DNA of 64,000 nucleotides from Mobula hypostoma (GCF_963921235.1 NC_086097.1:6386001-6450000), one strand, 5' to 3'. Counted from the stretch's first letter, positions 1 through 13,249 are shown. Made by a program: numbers and translations. Notes: generated from the sequence alone by a model not told the origin.

Positions 1-435
1 CATAGGGAAAAAAAGAAAAGGGCCCATTCAAATTAAACAGTCAAATGTGCACAAGTTGGAGCTCATCCTGAACTTCTCGGTCACTCGCGTGCTGGGCCCT
101 CGGTCGATGTGAATGCCCACACCACCTTCCGAACGTCGCTCGCAATCCATCTCAAACAAACGGGGCTCCCACCGGATCGTATGCTACGATCGGTTCTCCC
201 CAGCATCTTCTCTCTTCATCTCCTCTCGAATGAAAGCCCCAAGCCCAACCTTAGAGTCCCTCACCAGAGAAAACACCCCTTAATCCGACCATCCTAATTG
301 GATGGCACATATTTCTCCTCTCTCTTATCTTCAGCAGTAACTCAAACATAAACTAAAAACAAGCAGCTCACACAGATAACACAAATTGCAATACAGAACA
401 GGATAACAGTAAAAAATATGAACCAGGGCACTGCA
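1..435 (-). mobile_element. Gypsy-type LTR fragment (cut by window start)
   Basis: Shares gggcccatt..aattaaac.gtcaaatgtgcacaagttggagctc with 51191-51236. The reverse complement of its end (tgcagtgccctggtt) resembles the start of the 56516 LTR (tgtaacaccctggtt). Confidence 0.7.
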
Positions 436-741
436 TATACTTACAGTAATTCACATTTTATTTCTCTATTATTATATATTGCATCATACTGTTTTCACAA
501 AAAACAACATATTTCACAGCATATGCCACTGATATTCACCTGATTCTGATCTCCTGCAGCACATTTTCTATCCACTCGCTGTTAAATTTCAAACAAATCA
601 GCTTTGGTAGACATAACATTATTGAAATTAATAGAATAAACTTAAATCTTCATATTGGATAAATTATGCTTTGACTTATCAATTTCTCTTCTATTAAAGC
701 ACCAATCAAACAGAACAATTGTATATCAGATATTGCATCAC

Positions 742-1547
742 ACGGAGGGCGGGGCAAAGTTAAGATGGCGCTAAACAGTGACTGCTTTGCTTGCATCTTT
801 GGAAACAGATCTACTTCTCTCTTTGATATCTCATTTTTCCCCTTTTCAAGGATTTTTTGCAGACCCGGACATGGAGTTACACTCTGACTTTGGTTCTTTG
901 CGGGAATGGGACCTGCTCTCAGGGCCTCACGACCACCGCTTTTCGTTATGCCAAGGACGTGGCCTGGAAGACTAGCGTGCCTTCAGGGTGCCAGATTTTC
1001 GAGGCTCTGGAAACAGGCTGATTCAAGGCCAGTGCCCCTGACTGAGGCATCAGGGGAGAACTTGGAACATCAGGAGATGTGCATCCAGAGCCAACTCTCT
1101 GGGCGTAGAGCCAGAAAAAAGTGACGCAACAGACTTTTAACATCATAAATCAGCTAGTTGCTTGTTATATCTCCCCTCTTGCTGTGAAATGGGACACCTC
1201 TATTTCCCTTATTAGGGAGAGAGAGAGAGAGAGCCTGTGGTATGTCGAATTACCAGGGCATGAGTAGTCTTTGGGGTACTGCAAGTCTGTGTCTTTATTC
1301 GTGCTTTGCTGTACGCTTGAGTGCTTGCTGGAGGGTGCTGATGCTTTTTGCTGGTGAGGGAGGAAGGGATTCGTTGCGTTGTGTGTGGGTGGGGGGCTGG
1401 GGAAGCTTTGGGGTTCTAAAGTTTAACTGTCATTCATTCTTTGGGACACTCCTCTGTTTTCGTGGATGTTTGCAAAGAAGAAGAATTTTAGGATGTATAT
1501 TGTATATATTTCTCCGACATTAAATGTACCTATTGAACCTATTGAAA
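742..1547 (+). mobile_element. Non-autonomous SINE-like retroelement with AAGATGGCG head
   Basis: GC-rich start followed by aagatggcg at ~762; ends in a tandem tail cctattgaacctattgaa. No credible ORF. Confidence 0.6.
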
Positions 1548-1639
1548 CTAGGTTTCAAGAGCAAAACCAAGAAAGCATACAGGAACGAAGAGAAAAATCG
1601 CAGAACGAGCATGTCAGTTTTGAATTAGAGTTATTGAGT

Positions 1640-2690
1640 CATAGAAGACTAGAGCACATAAAAAGGCCCTTTGGCCCATCTAGTTTGTGCCAAACTGTTA
1701 TTCTGCAGTTCAATCAACTCACACCTGGACCACAGCCTTCTATGCCCCTCCCATCCATGTACTTATCCAAACATAAGACCATAAGATATAGAAGCAGATT
1801 TAGGTCATTTGGCCCATTGAGTCTGCTCTGCCATTTCATTATGACTGATCCATTTTCCTTCTTAGCCCCAATCTCCTGTCTTCTCCCCATATCTCTTCAT
1901 GCCCTCACTATTCAAGAATCTATCAACCTATGCCTTAAATATAACCTATATCTTGGCCTCCACAGCCACCTGTGGCAACAAATTCCACAGATTCACCACT
2001 CTCTTGCTAAAAAAACTCTTCCCCATCTCTGTTCTAAAAGGACATCCCTCTATACTGAAGTTGTGTTCTTTGGTCTTAGACTCTCCCACAAGAGGAAACA
2101 TCCTCTCCGCATTCACTCTTTCAAGGCCTTTCCGATAGGCATTAGCAGTGCCTTATAAAGACGCAACATTGCATCCTTGCTTTTATATTCTAGTCATCTT
2201 AAAATGGGTAAGTTTCAATGATGTCATGACTCATTCTACTGAATTCTAGTGAGTAGAAGACAAGAGATATCGAATGCTCCTCATATGACAAGCCTTTCAA
2301 TCCAGGAATCACTTTCATGTACCTCCTTTCAATTCTCTCCAATGCCAGCACAACCCTTCTAAGATAGCCCAGTTCTGCTCACAACACTCCGATAGGCTTC
2401 ACCAGTGCCTTATAAAGACTCAACATTGCATCCTTGCTTTTATATTCTAGTCATCTCAAAATGAATGCTAACATTACATTTGCCTTCCTCACCTCAGACT
2501 CAACCTGCAAATTAATCTTTGTGGAATCCTGCACAAGGAATCCGAAGATCCCCTTCCAACTCTGATTTTTGAACTTCCTCTCTATTTAGAAAATTGTTTA
2601 TGCTTTTGTTTCTTCGACCAAAGTGCATGACCATGCACTTCAGAACGCAATATTCCATCTGCCACTTATTTGCCACATCTCAAATATTGT
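1640..2690 (-). mobile_element. Degraded CR1 LINE 3' fragments
   Basis: Contains aattccacagattcaccactct and the (cataagac)n tail complement, as in the intact CR1 copies in this window. Confidence 0.85.
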
Positions 2691-3244
2691 TCTCAAATCT
2701 ACATCTACAACTTCCCTTCCACAGTTGCACCACTGAGTGGATAAGCCCCCCCTCAGTTTCCCTTAACTTCACCATTCACTTTAGAATTGATGCTCCAACT
2801 CTTTTTTTGGGGGGAACAGATGATAACTCCAACATAAGTGTGCTTGTGTACAATGTGACTTCAGATTAAAGGAATTAATATGTACGGTATAAGAATCAAA
2901 TGTCTATAAAGAGATGGTTTCATGAATGGCTGATCTACCTCACTATTAGACTATAATTGCCAATTCTTCAACACATGTTTACTCTTCGAAATAAATTAAA
3001 TTGTAAATGAAGCTATTTATCAAAAAGCAGAAGCAGAAGGGAGATAAAGGCATATTTTTCAATGTCCATACGTGTTGCAGTTAGTAAGTTAATTGGTGAT
3101 TTTAAATAGGCTAGGGTTAAATAGATGGGTTGCTGGGTTGTTAGACTGAAAGGGCCTGTTCCACACTGTCTGTCAAAATAAATAAACAATGAGTAATGTG
3201 GTAATGACAGATTGTTTGAAACGCTGTGGAGCGATGCCTCAGAA

Positions 3245-4297
3245 AGGTGATCGCTCTAAGGAGTGCACGTGTGTGCGCGCACACATCTTTTGATCTTTTG
3301 CTACTAGTGCACAAAGGAATTTAAACTGTATACGAAAGATTGTCACCCTCTACCTCATCAGCATTTTAAAAATATTTCATGATCAGACACAATCAATTTC
3401 CTTTTCTGGTTCCTAATGTGGATGGTGTTGACAATGTGAAGTTGCAACGATTTGTCTGCAGATTTTAGAACTGGCTTATTTATAATGTTTTATTGAAGAA
3501 ATTATTGATTCACTATGTTGAATTCCAAAGAAGCATAGGGCGTGAAGTGCAAAATAATTGCTAGTTCATTTAAAGTAAAATGGCTGTTTAAAGTGTCATT
3601 TAGCAAGCAAATCACATATGGTTAGTGTGCGAAAGCTCGAGGGAGAAAATCTTTCATTACCCGCTACAGGCCTGTTGCATATGTTTTGTGAGAGTGCAGA
3701 TGAATGAGAACGAAAACGATCAAACACAGAGGTGATCAAAGTTCTTATTGACATTGTTTTGCTGGCTGTTAAAATGAATACTTCTTTATATAAAATTCAG
3801 TGCACACATGTTGTCACTGGGCAAAAAGTTGTACAGTTTTAAGAGCGATTTTTGGTTTTAGAACATATACATTTAGCAATTGACTTTGGCTACCAGTCTT
3901 CACATCTGAACATGGATTGTGGATTTAATTTGGAGTGCAGCTCTGAACAATGGGTTTCTAAAAGCCCTGAATCTCAGACCAGCTAATGTTGATTAAAATT
4001 CATTTGGATAACTGTGATGTGGATGGGTAAAGGTTGTATGTAGTTTCAAAGAAAGTGTTGTCCATATGTTGTGAATATGGAATTGTCCTTTGATGTTTGG
4101 CACATAAAATATTGAGCCCGCATTGGGCCGGGAGACCGATCCACCAGAAGTGCCTCTATATGATGCCTGTCTATTTTCTCAAACAAAGAAGCATCTTTGT
4201 ATCTACCAGTACTTTTTTCTGGTGACTTGATTCATGCAACAACGCACAACACAATATTTTTGTGCACACTGCTCATTACAAATTAGAGGGAATATTG
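3245..4297. mobile_element. Degraded hAT-like DNA transposon remnant
   Basis: Imperfect terminal inverted repeats: ggtgatcgctctaa (3246-3259) versus ttagagggaatattg (4283-4297), resembling CAATGTTCCCTCTAA-type hAT ends. Subterminal tgtgcgcgcaca/tgtgcaca motifs. No ORF left. Confidence 0.45.
4067..4241 (+). mobile_element. Short solo-LTR-like repeat
   Basis: TGTTG...CAACA ends; shares gaattgtcctttga and ctggtgac with the copy at ~30293-30464. Confidence 0.4.
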
Positions 4298-4299
4298 GG

Positions 4300-4480
4300 G
4301 GCATCCATTATTAAGGACACCTATCCCCCAGGACATGCCCTCTTCTTATTGCTACCACCAAGAAGGAGGTACAGGAGCCTGCAGACACACTCAACAATTT
4401 AGGAACAGTTTCTTGCCCTCTGCTATCAGATTTCTGAATTGACAATGAACCCATGAACACTACCTCACGAATTTTCTTAA
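4300..4480 (+). mobile_element. Rex1/Babar LINE 3' fragment
   Basis: ccaggacatgccctcttc..gaggtacaggagcctg..ggaacag..gaacccatgaacactacctc motif, recurrent in the window. Confidence 0.8.
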
Positions 4481-4502
4481 TTTGAAACTTTAGAAGACTG
4501 TG

Positions 4503-6497
4503 ACATAGAAATATAGAAAATAGGTGCAGGAGTTGGCCATTCAGCCCTTCGAGCCTGCACGTCCATTCAGTATGATCATGGTTGATCATCCAACTCAGAA
4601 CCCTGTACCAGCCTTCTCTCCATACCCCCTGATCCCCGTAGCCACAAGGGCCATATCTAACTCTCTCTTAAATATAGCCAATGAACTGGCCTCAACTGTT
4701 TCCTGTGGCAGAGAATTCCACAGATTCACCACTCTCTGTGTGAAGAAGTTTTTCCTAATCTCGGTCCTAAAAGGCTTCCCCTTTATCCTCAAACTGTGAC
4801 CCCTTGTTCTGGACTTCCCCAGCATCGGGAACAATCTTCCTGCATCTAGCCTGTCCAATCCCTTTAGGGTTTTATACGTTTCAATCAGATCCCCCCTCAA
4901 TCTTCTAAATTCCAACGAGTATAAGCCTCGTTCATCCAGTCTTTCATCATATGAAAGTCCTGCCATCCCAGGAATCAATCTGGTGAACCTTCTTTGTACT
5001 CCCTCTATGGCAAGGTGTCTTTCCTCAGATTAGGGGACCAAAACTGCACACAATACTCCAGGTGTGGTCTCACAAAGACCTTGTACAACAGCAGTAGTAC
5101 CTCCCTGCTCCTGTACTCGAATCCTCTCGCTATAAATGCCAGCATATCATTCACCTTTCTCACCGCCTGCTGTACCTGCATGTCCACTTTCAATGACTGG
5201 TGTATAATGACACCCAGGTCTCGTTGCACCTCCCCTTTTCCTAATCGGCCACCATTCAGATAATAATCTGTTTTCCTGTTTTTGCCACCAAAGTGGATAA
5301 CTTCACATTTATCCACATTAAATTGCATCTGCCATGAATTTGACCACTCACCTAACCTATCCAAGTCACCCTGCATCCTCTTAGCATCCTCCTCACAGCT
5401 AACACTGCCGCCCAGCTTCGTGTCATCCACAAACTTGGAGATGCTGCATTTAATTCCCTCATCCAAGTCATTAATACATATTGTAAACAACTGGGGTCCC
5501 AGCACTGAGCCTTGCGGTACCCCACTAGTCACTGCCTGCCATTCTGAAAAGGTCCCGTTTATTCCCACTCTTTGCTTCCTGTCTGCCAACCAATTCTCTA
5601 TCCACATCAATACCTTACCCCCAATACCGTGTGCTTTAAGTTTGCACACTAATCTCCTGTGTGGGACCTTGTCAAAAGCCTTTTGAAAATCCAAATATAC
5701 CACATCCACTGGTTCTCCCCTATCCACTCTACTAGTTACATCCTCAAAAAATTCTATGAAATTTGTCAGACATGATTTTCCTTTCACAAATCCATGCTGA
5801 CTTTGTCCGATGATTTCACCGCTTTCCAAATGTACTGTTATCACATCTTTGATAACTGACTCTAGCAGTTTCCCCACCACTGATGTTAGGCTAACTGGTC
5901 TATGATTCCCTGGTTTCTCTCTCCCTCCTTTTTTAAAAAGTGGGGTTACATTAGTCACCCTCCAATCCTCAGGAACTAGTCCAGAATCTAAAGAGTTTTG
6001 AAAAATTATCACTAATGCATCCACTATTTCTTGGGCTACTTCCTTAAGCACTCTGGGATGCAGACCATCTGGCCCTGGGGATTTATTTGCCTTTAATCCC
6101 TTCAATTTACCTCACACCACTTCCCTACTAACATGTATTTCCCTCAGTTCCTCCATCTCACTGGACCCTCTGTCCCCTACTATTTCCAGAAGATTATTTA
6201 TGTCCTCCTTAGTGAAGACAGAACCAAAGTAATTATTCAATTGGTCTGCCATGTCCTTGCTCCCCATAATCAATTCACCTGTTTCTGTCCGTAGGGGACC
6301 TACATTTGTCTTAACCAATCTTTTTCTTTTCACATATTTATAAAAGCTTTTACAGTCAGTTTTTATGTTCCCTGCCAGTTTTCTCTCATAATCTTTTTCC
6401 CCTTCCTAATTAAGCCCTTTGTCCTCCTCTGCTGAACTCTGAATTTCTCCCAGTCCTCAGGTGAGCCACTTTTTCTGGCTAATTTGTATGCTTCTTC
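4503..6497 (-). mobile_element. 5'-truncated CR1 LINE; ORF2 reverse transcriptase broken by frameshifts
   Basis: ORFs 6112-6333, 5005-6105 and 4595-4978: KSPGPDG, QHGF..GKSCLTN, YLDFQKAFDKVPH, SGVPQGSVLGP, KFVDDTK, RPHLEYCVQFW, RRLRGDLIE, FFTQRVVNLWNSLP; (ttctat)-type tail. Confidence 0.97.
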
Positions 6498-7019
6498 TGT
6501 TTAGTTTAGTGTTTAGTTTTAAAAAGTGGGCTTTAGTGACTGTTTAGTTACTCAGTATGTTCAAGGCCCAGATTGATAGCTTCTGGACTTTAAAAGATTT
6601 GTTAGAAATGAGAATCAGGAATGTCTGGGGAGAGAAGTGGAATCCAATATTAACTGTCAGCCATGATACTGCACCCAATCACTCTCATTCTTGGCTGGCG
6701 ATTCAATAGAACCTGCTGTGCAGGGATCAGCTCCCCACTCTGATTTCTACACTTGTAGATTGAAATTCAAAAGTCAGACACAAGTCAGAGAGAGGTCCCT
6801 GATGTACCTGATCTCCTACTGTAACATTGAACTCACTGTACTAACCTGTTGCAGACCAAGTCCACTTTACTCCAGGGATAAATACCATGTCCATTTGAGT
6901 TGGAAATTTGACCTTAATTAAAATGCAGGTAAATAATTTGTTTTTATTTACTGTTCTCATACACCATAGATCAGCACTGCACACTGTGCTGGAATTCACT
7001 GGCCGTTAAGAACCAAATA

Positions 7020-8064
7020 GATTCAAAGTACATTTATTCTCAAAGTATGTATGCAGTATACAACCTTGAGATTCAGCTTCCCATGAAACAAAGAAAACCA
7101 TGACACACATTCAAAGAAAACATCAACCCCCCCGCCACACTGTGCAAAAAAATGCACAAATGGCAAAAAAAAAAGAGTGAAAAACACAGGATATAATACA
7201 CCAAACTACAAAAGTTATTGAAAGTGTCCAGGCATATTCAGTTCAACTCAGCTCAGTTCAATCTAGTGCTGTATCGCTTGTCATCTGCTGGCCACTTTGA
7301 TCAAAACACGCTGGAGGAACTCAGCAGGTCGGGCAGCATCCGTGGAAACTATCAGTCAATGTTTCGGGCCAGAACCGAAATGTTGACTGATCGTTTCCAC
7401 GGATGCTGCCCGACCTGCTGAGTTTCTCGAGGGTGTTGTGAGTGTTGCTTTGACCCCAGCATCTGCAGAGTATTTTGTGTTTACGCTTTGATCAAAATTG
7501 CCCAAAATAGCAACAAAAAAAAGGAGTGACCAGAAAGCAGAAACATATCATAATGTGAATTATAGAATGCAATCCACAATCTGTGTCAATTAAACCTTCC
7601 CCAAGACCCAGGACTCCAGCAGAATCCCCCAACAGCATCGAGTGAGATGGAGAGAGAGGCTATTTGAATGCAGTGATGCTGCTCTGGCAGCAGTGAGTGA
7701 GAGGCTGATAGATGTTGCTGAACATCCCCTTGCCTTCCGCTCTCACTTCGATGATTTCAATCTTCCTTGATGCTTCAATTGGTAAGATCATAGAGTAACG
7801 GAGTCGATCATGGATTCACGATCTGTCTCCAAGTTTCTTGGCCTCAAGGCTGCATACTTTGTTTGAGACCACACCCTTGGAGACAGCAAAGCACCAGATC
7901 ACTCAATCGGCCCAAAGACATGACATCAAAATGTAAATTGTGGGCTCCAGCAGTAGCAGAACCACATTTGAAAGAAAACAAAGACAGAAAGTAAGAGAAG
8001 AAAAGCATCATGAACTGTCTGAGGGCTGTCGCCATCGGTCGCGTTGTTCACTGGTGCCATCTTG
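7020..8064 (-). mobile_element. Non-autonomous SINE-like element (CAAGATGGC head, LINE-like tail)
   Basis: gccatcttg at ~8056-8064 reads caagatggc on the minus strand. The tail complement ttcaaagtacatttatt..aaagtatgtatgcagtatacaacc matches the tails at ~12400-12457 and ~33100-33155. Confidence 0.65.
7307..7485. mobile_element. Penelope-derived hairpin mini-insertion
   Basis: About 60-bp inverted arms plus a ccagcatctgcaga tail; flanked by a 12-bp direct repeat ctttgatcaaaa (7295-7306 and 7486-7497). Confidence 0.85.
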
Positions 8065-8888
8065 TCACCCAGGTTAATTAAAGCCAAAGATGTAATGTTA
8101 GAAAGCTCTACCTGTGGACGGATGAAAATGAAGTTTACCAAATTAAAAAAAAATAGAGAACTTGGAAAGCAAGAGAAATGTAGCAAGCTATTAGAAACTA
8201 AAGATGTAAACTGTTAAAAGTGGAATTAGTAGTGAGTATCTATACCTTACTTACTTGAAAACCTCGGGGTGAAACCCCTGGAGGAGAGACAATATTGATA
8301 AAAGATCTATTGAAGCTACAGCTATAAGAAGCAGCAGCTACATCGAGACAATATCGGTAGAGGCAAGTGTCCAAGATCTCTACCGTGTAACTGGAAATCA
8401 GTTTTGTTAAAGCACACCGAAGGATTTGATGAGCTGAAACTTTTACTGTTCTGAGTGTATAATTTATGTGTGAAGTGGTGTTGTAACTGTGAAATGTTTG
8501 TAAATGACAGTGATGTTAAGTTATTTTGAAATAGAAAATAGAATGTGTGTAAAAACTTACAGATTGTAATCCTGCTGTACACAGGTCATTTTTTTTTTTG
8601 TATAAGTTTGTGAATCGACTTTTCGTGGATGATCAATTATTTCATCCAATGAACCAATAGCAAGATGGCAAGCGACCCAAGATCGAAGAACCAGTGCAGC
8701 ATGAAATGCTTAATGGTGTAGATGATTTAATATGGTTGGATGTATAATTTTATTTTCATTTGAAGGAACTGAATTTGATTTTCTTCAAGAACTGATTACT
8801 TTTGCAATAATTTTGATAAGTTACTGCATGAGATTTACTTTGTTTAAAAGTTGTGATGCTGGAGAATTTTTGTGTAAGGAGATAAGCT

Positions 8889-8927
8889 GTGTGTGCGTAT
8901 ATATACATACATATATATATATACACG

Positions 8928-9009
<82 letters not shown>

Positions 9010-9010
9010 T
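8889..9010. repeat. (TA)n/(CA)n compound microsatellite
   Basis: Directly visible. Confidence 0.98.
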
Positions 9011-9759
9011 ATTTTTATTTGAATATGTAGACATATTGACTGGAACTGAAACTGAAGTTAGCCATAATACTTCAGAATAGGAATTCAAATAGTTTTCTAA
9101 CTAACAGAGATAAATAAAATGAAATGTTAGTCTGTAAACTTTTAAATAGAGAATAATACTAGATCTAATTAGTTGGAGAAATTTGAGTAATAAAGGTCAT
9201 TCTAATGAATATAACTGCTTCTAACTAAAAAACAGGAAGTTGGTTTTTGTTTGATATCTGAGATTTGAAACCTAACAGAATGTTGGAATTTTGAAATATT
9301 CTTACTCATGTAAATATTTTGTATATCCATTTTTTTTTAAATAATCAAAACTTACCTCCAGAAGTTTGTGTTTTCTATTCATAGCCTCCTTCCGATACCT
9401 GGAGCTTCTGGTGACTTTCTAGCACCTAGTGTAGTACTATCTGATTTGATTTTTCTCATGAAGAGTGAAGAGATCAGTCACAAGAAATAAGACCAGCACT
9501 ACACAGGTGTTACAAATTTCTTCCTGAATATAATTGGAGATACATGATGCTGGGATATGGAACAACAGATACATATCTGCTGGAAGAACACATACAGAGC
9601 TACAATGAAACACTTGTTGTACATACTATTTATACAGATTATATTATTAAGCATTGCATTAAAATAGAACAAAATCAAACAATAACAATGTGAATAACGT
9701 GTAACAGGAACAGAGAAAGTACAATACAGGTAAACAATAGATGTAAGATTATAAAAACA

Positions 9760-10332
9760 AGAATATAATGTTGAGGCTTTAAAAGACATTGGTAAGAGTT
9801 CACCTGGATTACTGTGAGCAGTTTTGGGCTCCTTATCTAAGAAAGGATGTGCTGACATCAGAGGGGGTTCAAAGGATGTTCATGAAAATGATTCTAGGAT
9901 TGAATGGCTTATCATATGAGGGGCATTTGATGGCTCTGGGCCTGTACTCACTTGATTTCAGAAGAATGAGGGGGTCCTCACTGCAACCTGTTGAAAGGCC
10001 TTGATAGAGTGGATGTGATGTTTTCTATGGTGTAGCTGTCTAAAACCAGAGGACACAGTCTCATAATAGAGGAGCGTCCTTTTAGAATGGAGATGGGGAG
10101 GGATTTCTTTAACCAGAGAGTGGTGAATCTGTGGAATGCATTGCCACCATGGTTATGCAAACCAAGTCATTGGCAGAGGCTGATAGATTCTTGATTAGTG
10201 AGGGCATGAAGGGATACAGGGAGAAGGCAGGGGATTGGGACTGAGAGGGAGATGGATTAAACCATGATGAAATGACAGAGCAGACTTGATGGGCCCAGTG
10301 GCTTAACTTTGCTTCTATATCTTATGGTCTTA
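9760..10332 (+). mobile_element. CR1 LINE 3' fragment
   Basis: RVHLDYCEQFWAPYLRKDV..RRMRG peptide; gtggtgaatctgtggaat; cttatggtctta tail. Confidence 0.9.
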
Positions 10333-10369
10333 TAACAAGTTGGGTTGTGAGGTGTCCATCTTATCATAC

Positions 10370-10690
10370 TCATCATCATCAATATGACGTAGGTGATCAT
10401 AGTCTATCCATGACCATGACTGTTCTCAGCAAATTTTTATATAAAAGTGGTTTGCTACTGCCTTCTTCTGGGTAGAGTCTTTGCAAGATGAATGACCCCA
10501 CTCATTATCAATGTTCGTCAGAGATTGTCTGCCTGATGTCAGTTGTCACATAACCAGGACTTGTGATACGCACCAGCTCCTCATACGGCCATTCACCACC
10601 TGTTCCCATGGCCCAAGGGTGACCTGCAGGCTAGCGGAGGGAGATGCACCTTATACCTCCTTTGGTAGAGACGTATCGCCACCCTGCAAC
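10370..10690 (-). mobile_element. RTE-tailed SINE
   Basis: (GAT)n tail and gaagaaggcagtagcaaaccac on the minus strand; second copy at 38075-38440. Confidence 0.7.
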
Positions 10691-10980
10691 ACCACAGTAA
10701 GTAATATTACTACATACTAATCACTATGCTACTGTAGTACCACAAGAAAAAACACTTGGAGCATATTTTTCATGTATTAGTGACCCATTCAAATGAAGAA
10801 ACCCATTCATTAACCAGTCGTCCTTGGCTCAAGTCTGAGAGCTCGGAACAATATGTATCCATTTACCTTTCCTCAGGAGGTTACTGCTCTGTCCTTGACT
10901 TAATGGTGTGTCCAGGCATGGGATAGAAAATCAAAGACAGAACCATCTGATTGTCTATTCGATTATTGGACTAGACGTAC

Positions 10981-11392
10981 AACATAGAACATAGAATAGT
11001 ACAGGCCCTTCAGCCCACATTGTTGTGCCGACCCTCAAACCCTGCCTCCCATATAACCCCCCTCCACCTTAGATTCCTCCATATACCTGTCTAGCAGTCT
11101 CTTAGAACTCACTAGTGTATCTGCCTCCACCACTGACTCAGGCAGCGCATTCCACGCACAAACCACTCTCTGAGTAAAAAACCTTCCTCTAGTATCCCCC
11201 CTGAACTTCCCACCCCTTACCTTAAAGCCATGTCCCCTTGTACTGAGCAGTGGGGAAGAGGCGCTGGCTGTCCACTTTATCTATTCCTCTTAATATCTTG
11301 TATACCTCTATCACATCTCCTCTCATCTTCCTTCTCTCTAAAGAGTAAAGCCCTAGCTCCCTTAATCTCTGATCATAATCCATACTCTCTAA
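10981..11392 (-). mobile_element. CR1 LINE 3' end
   Basis: aacatagaacatagaa tail complement; same subfamily as 27251-29599. Confidence 0.9.
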
Positions 11393-11613
11393 ACTTCAGA
11401 AGTCTAAGGCGATCTAATGTGTCAATGTTTGATAGCTGATCATTTCCTTTAGAGATATTAGCTACTAAGCAGAAAAATTCTAGTTCAACGTTCAATAGTT
11501 ATCAAAGTACATATATACTTTATATATGTCACCATATGCAACGCTGAGATTAATTTTCTTGCTGGCATTCACAGTAAACATAAAGAAACACAATAGAATT
11601 GAACAATACTCCT

Positions 11614-12457
11614 CAAGATGGCGCCAGCAAACAATGTGACCAACGTGACACCCTTCAAACAGTTCACGTAACTATTTCTTTTACCTCTCCTTTCAAAAAT
11701 ATTTCTTTTATTAAGCTGCATGTGATTTGAATCTGTGAATTACATTTTGATGGTATGTTTTTGAGCTGAATGAATGCTCTGGTGCTTTTCTCTTTCCAAG
11801 GGAATTTGGTGAGGTTGGGAGCAGAGTGTGTGGCCTAGCAGCCTGGAAGACTGGAGGAAGGGCGTGAGCCCATGATCAACTCCACGGCTTCTCTCTGACT
11901 GAGGCATCCGAGCAAGTTTGAAGTTGATAAATACAAAAGTGGAAAAGGGCGGCTGTTTAGCGCTGTCAGTCTGTCCCTCTGCCGGTCGTCCTCTCCTTCT
12001 TGCTTGCTCCTGCCAGAGGAAAGTGCAGGAGCCTTGGGCTCCACGCTGTAAGGATTGATATCTCAGGCTCGTGGCTGTGGACTCGTTTTGGGGGCCATGA
12101 CGTTCATGTTGCATGTGTTTCTGGATCCTGGTTCCTGTTTGTACTGTATTTGAAAGGTTCGATCGGGCGATGAGTGCGGACTGGGTCTCCTCGGGGAAGA
12201 TTGCCTTGGCTTGCAGTGTTGAAATGAACTGGATTGAATACTTCTGGGCTCCTGGATTGATGTTTCTTATTCTATCTGTTGTGTGCTCGCTGTTTTCTGT
12301 TTGTGCAATTTGTTCTTCTATTGGGTATTAGGTGTTTCATGTTTTCTTTGAATGGCTTCCATGACATTTCCTTGTTTTGTGCTGCGTGCTGAAGGACAAT
12401 CTCAGAGTTGTATTCTGAATACATACTTTGATAATAAATGTACTTTGCATCTTTGAA
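11614..12457 (+). mobile_element. Non-autonomous SINE-like element (CAAGATGGCG head)
   Basis: Starts caagatggcgcc and ends atactttgataataaatgtactttg; nested in an older minus-strand element with the same tail type (~11482-11600). Confidence 0.65.
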
Positions 12458-12472
12458 TCAATGAATGACTGC

Positions 12473-12999
12473 ACACTTAGTCCAGCGGTCGTGGAGCATA
12501 CGGATTCCTTCTTTGTAGAAGTGGTCCACAGCAGGGGTAATTGATAAGTTCATGGCCTAAGGTAGAAGGAGATGAGTTATTAACTTCAAACTTTCTGCAT
12601 TATCACTCAAAGGGTTGAACTGCACATGCATGTAACGAGATCGTCTTGGACCTCCAGGTGGTCCACAGCAGGGGTGATTAATAAGTTTGTGGCCTAAGGT
12701 AAAAGGAGATGAGTTATACAGCTCTCATTACATGCACGTACAGTTCAACTCTTTGAGTGAAAATGCAGAAAGTTTGAAGTTTCTCCTCATCTCCTTCTAC
12801 CTTAGGCCACAAACTTATCAATCACCCCTGCTGTAGACCACTTTCTGGAGGTCCAAGACGCCAACTTCTACAAAGAAGGGATCTGCATGCTCCACGACTG
12901 CTGGACTAAGTGTATAAATGTAGGAAAAATAAATGTGCTAGGTTTTCTAAAACTGACTCCTTCTACCTTAGGCCACGAAATTATCAATCGCCCCTCGTA
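12473..12999. mobile_element. Rearranged mariner-derived non-autonomous element (four TIR copies)
   Basis: ~12857-12925 encodes DANFYKEGICMLHDCWTKCINVG, matching the mariner transposase C-terminus. TIR aggggtgattgataagtttgtggcctaaggtagaaggag occurs four times; right end ...cccctcg+TA at 12998-12999. Confidence 0.85.
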
Positions 13000-13249
13000 A
13001 ATAAGTTAAATGTATCGAGAACACGAAATGAAGAGTCCTTGAAAGTGAGACTATATTCTGTCCTGGATATCAGTGATTTTGAATCTTAAAGATCTTCATC
13101 CTTTTTTACTGGTACAAAGTATTGCAGATCAGATGAACAGAAGAACACAGCCTAAGAATGCTAGATATTGACACAAAGATTGTCCATTTATTTGCTTCAC
13201 AATAATACTGAATGTAAGTACTGTGATGTTGTAAACTGACAAGAAAATA

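Noticed and set aside
1466..2158. 230-aa plus-strand ORF
   Set aside because: Chance read-through across a SINE tail and antisense CR1 fragments; no recognisable protein motif.
5005..6105. RT ORF as an intact or domesticated gene, retron or group II intron
   Set aside because: Typical CR1 ORF2 fragment, frameshifted at both ends, with multiple near-identical copies in the window.
8732..9088. ORFs with YIYI/THTH runs
   Set aside because: Translations of a microsatellite.
9286..9430. Minus-strand donor aggtaag at ~9357 with a short upstream frame
   Set aside because: No polypyrimidine acceptor, and only ~21 unrecognisable codons.
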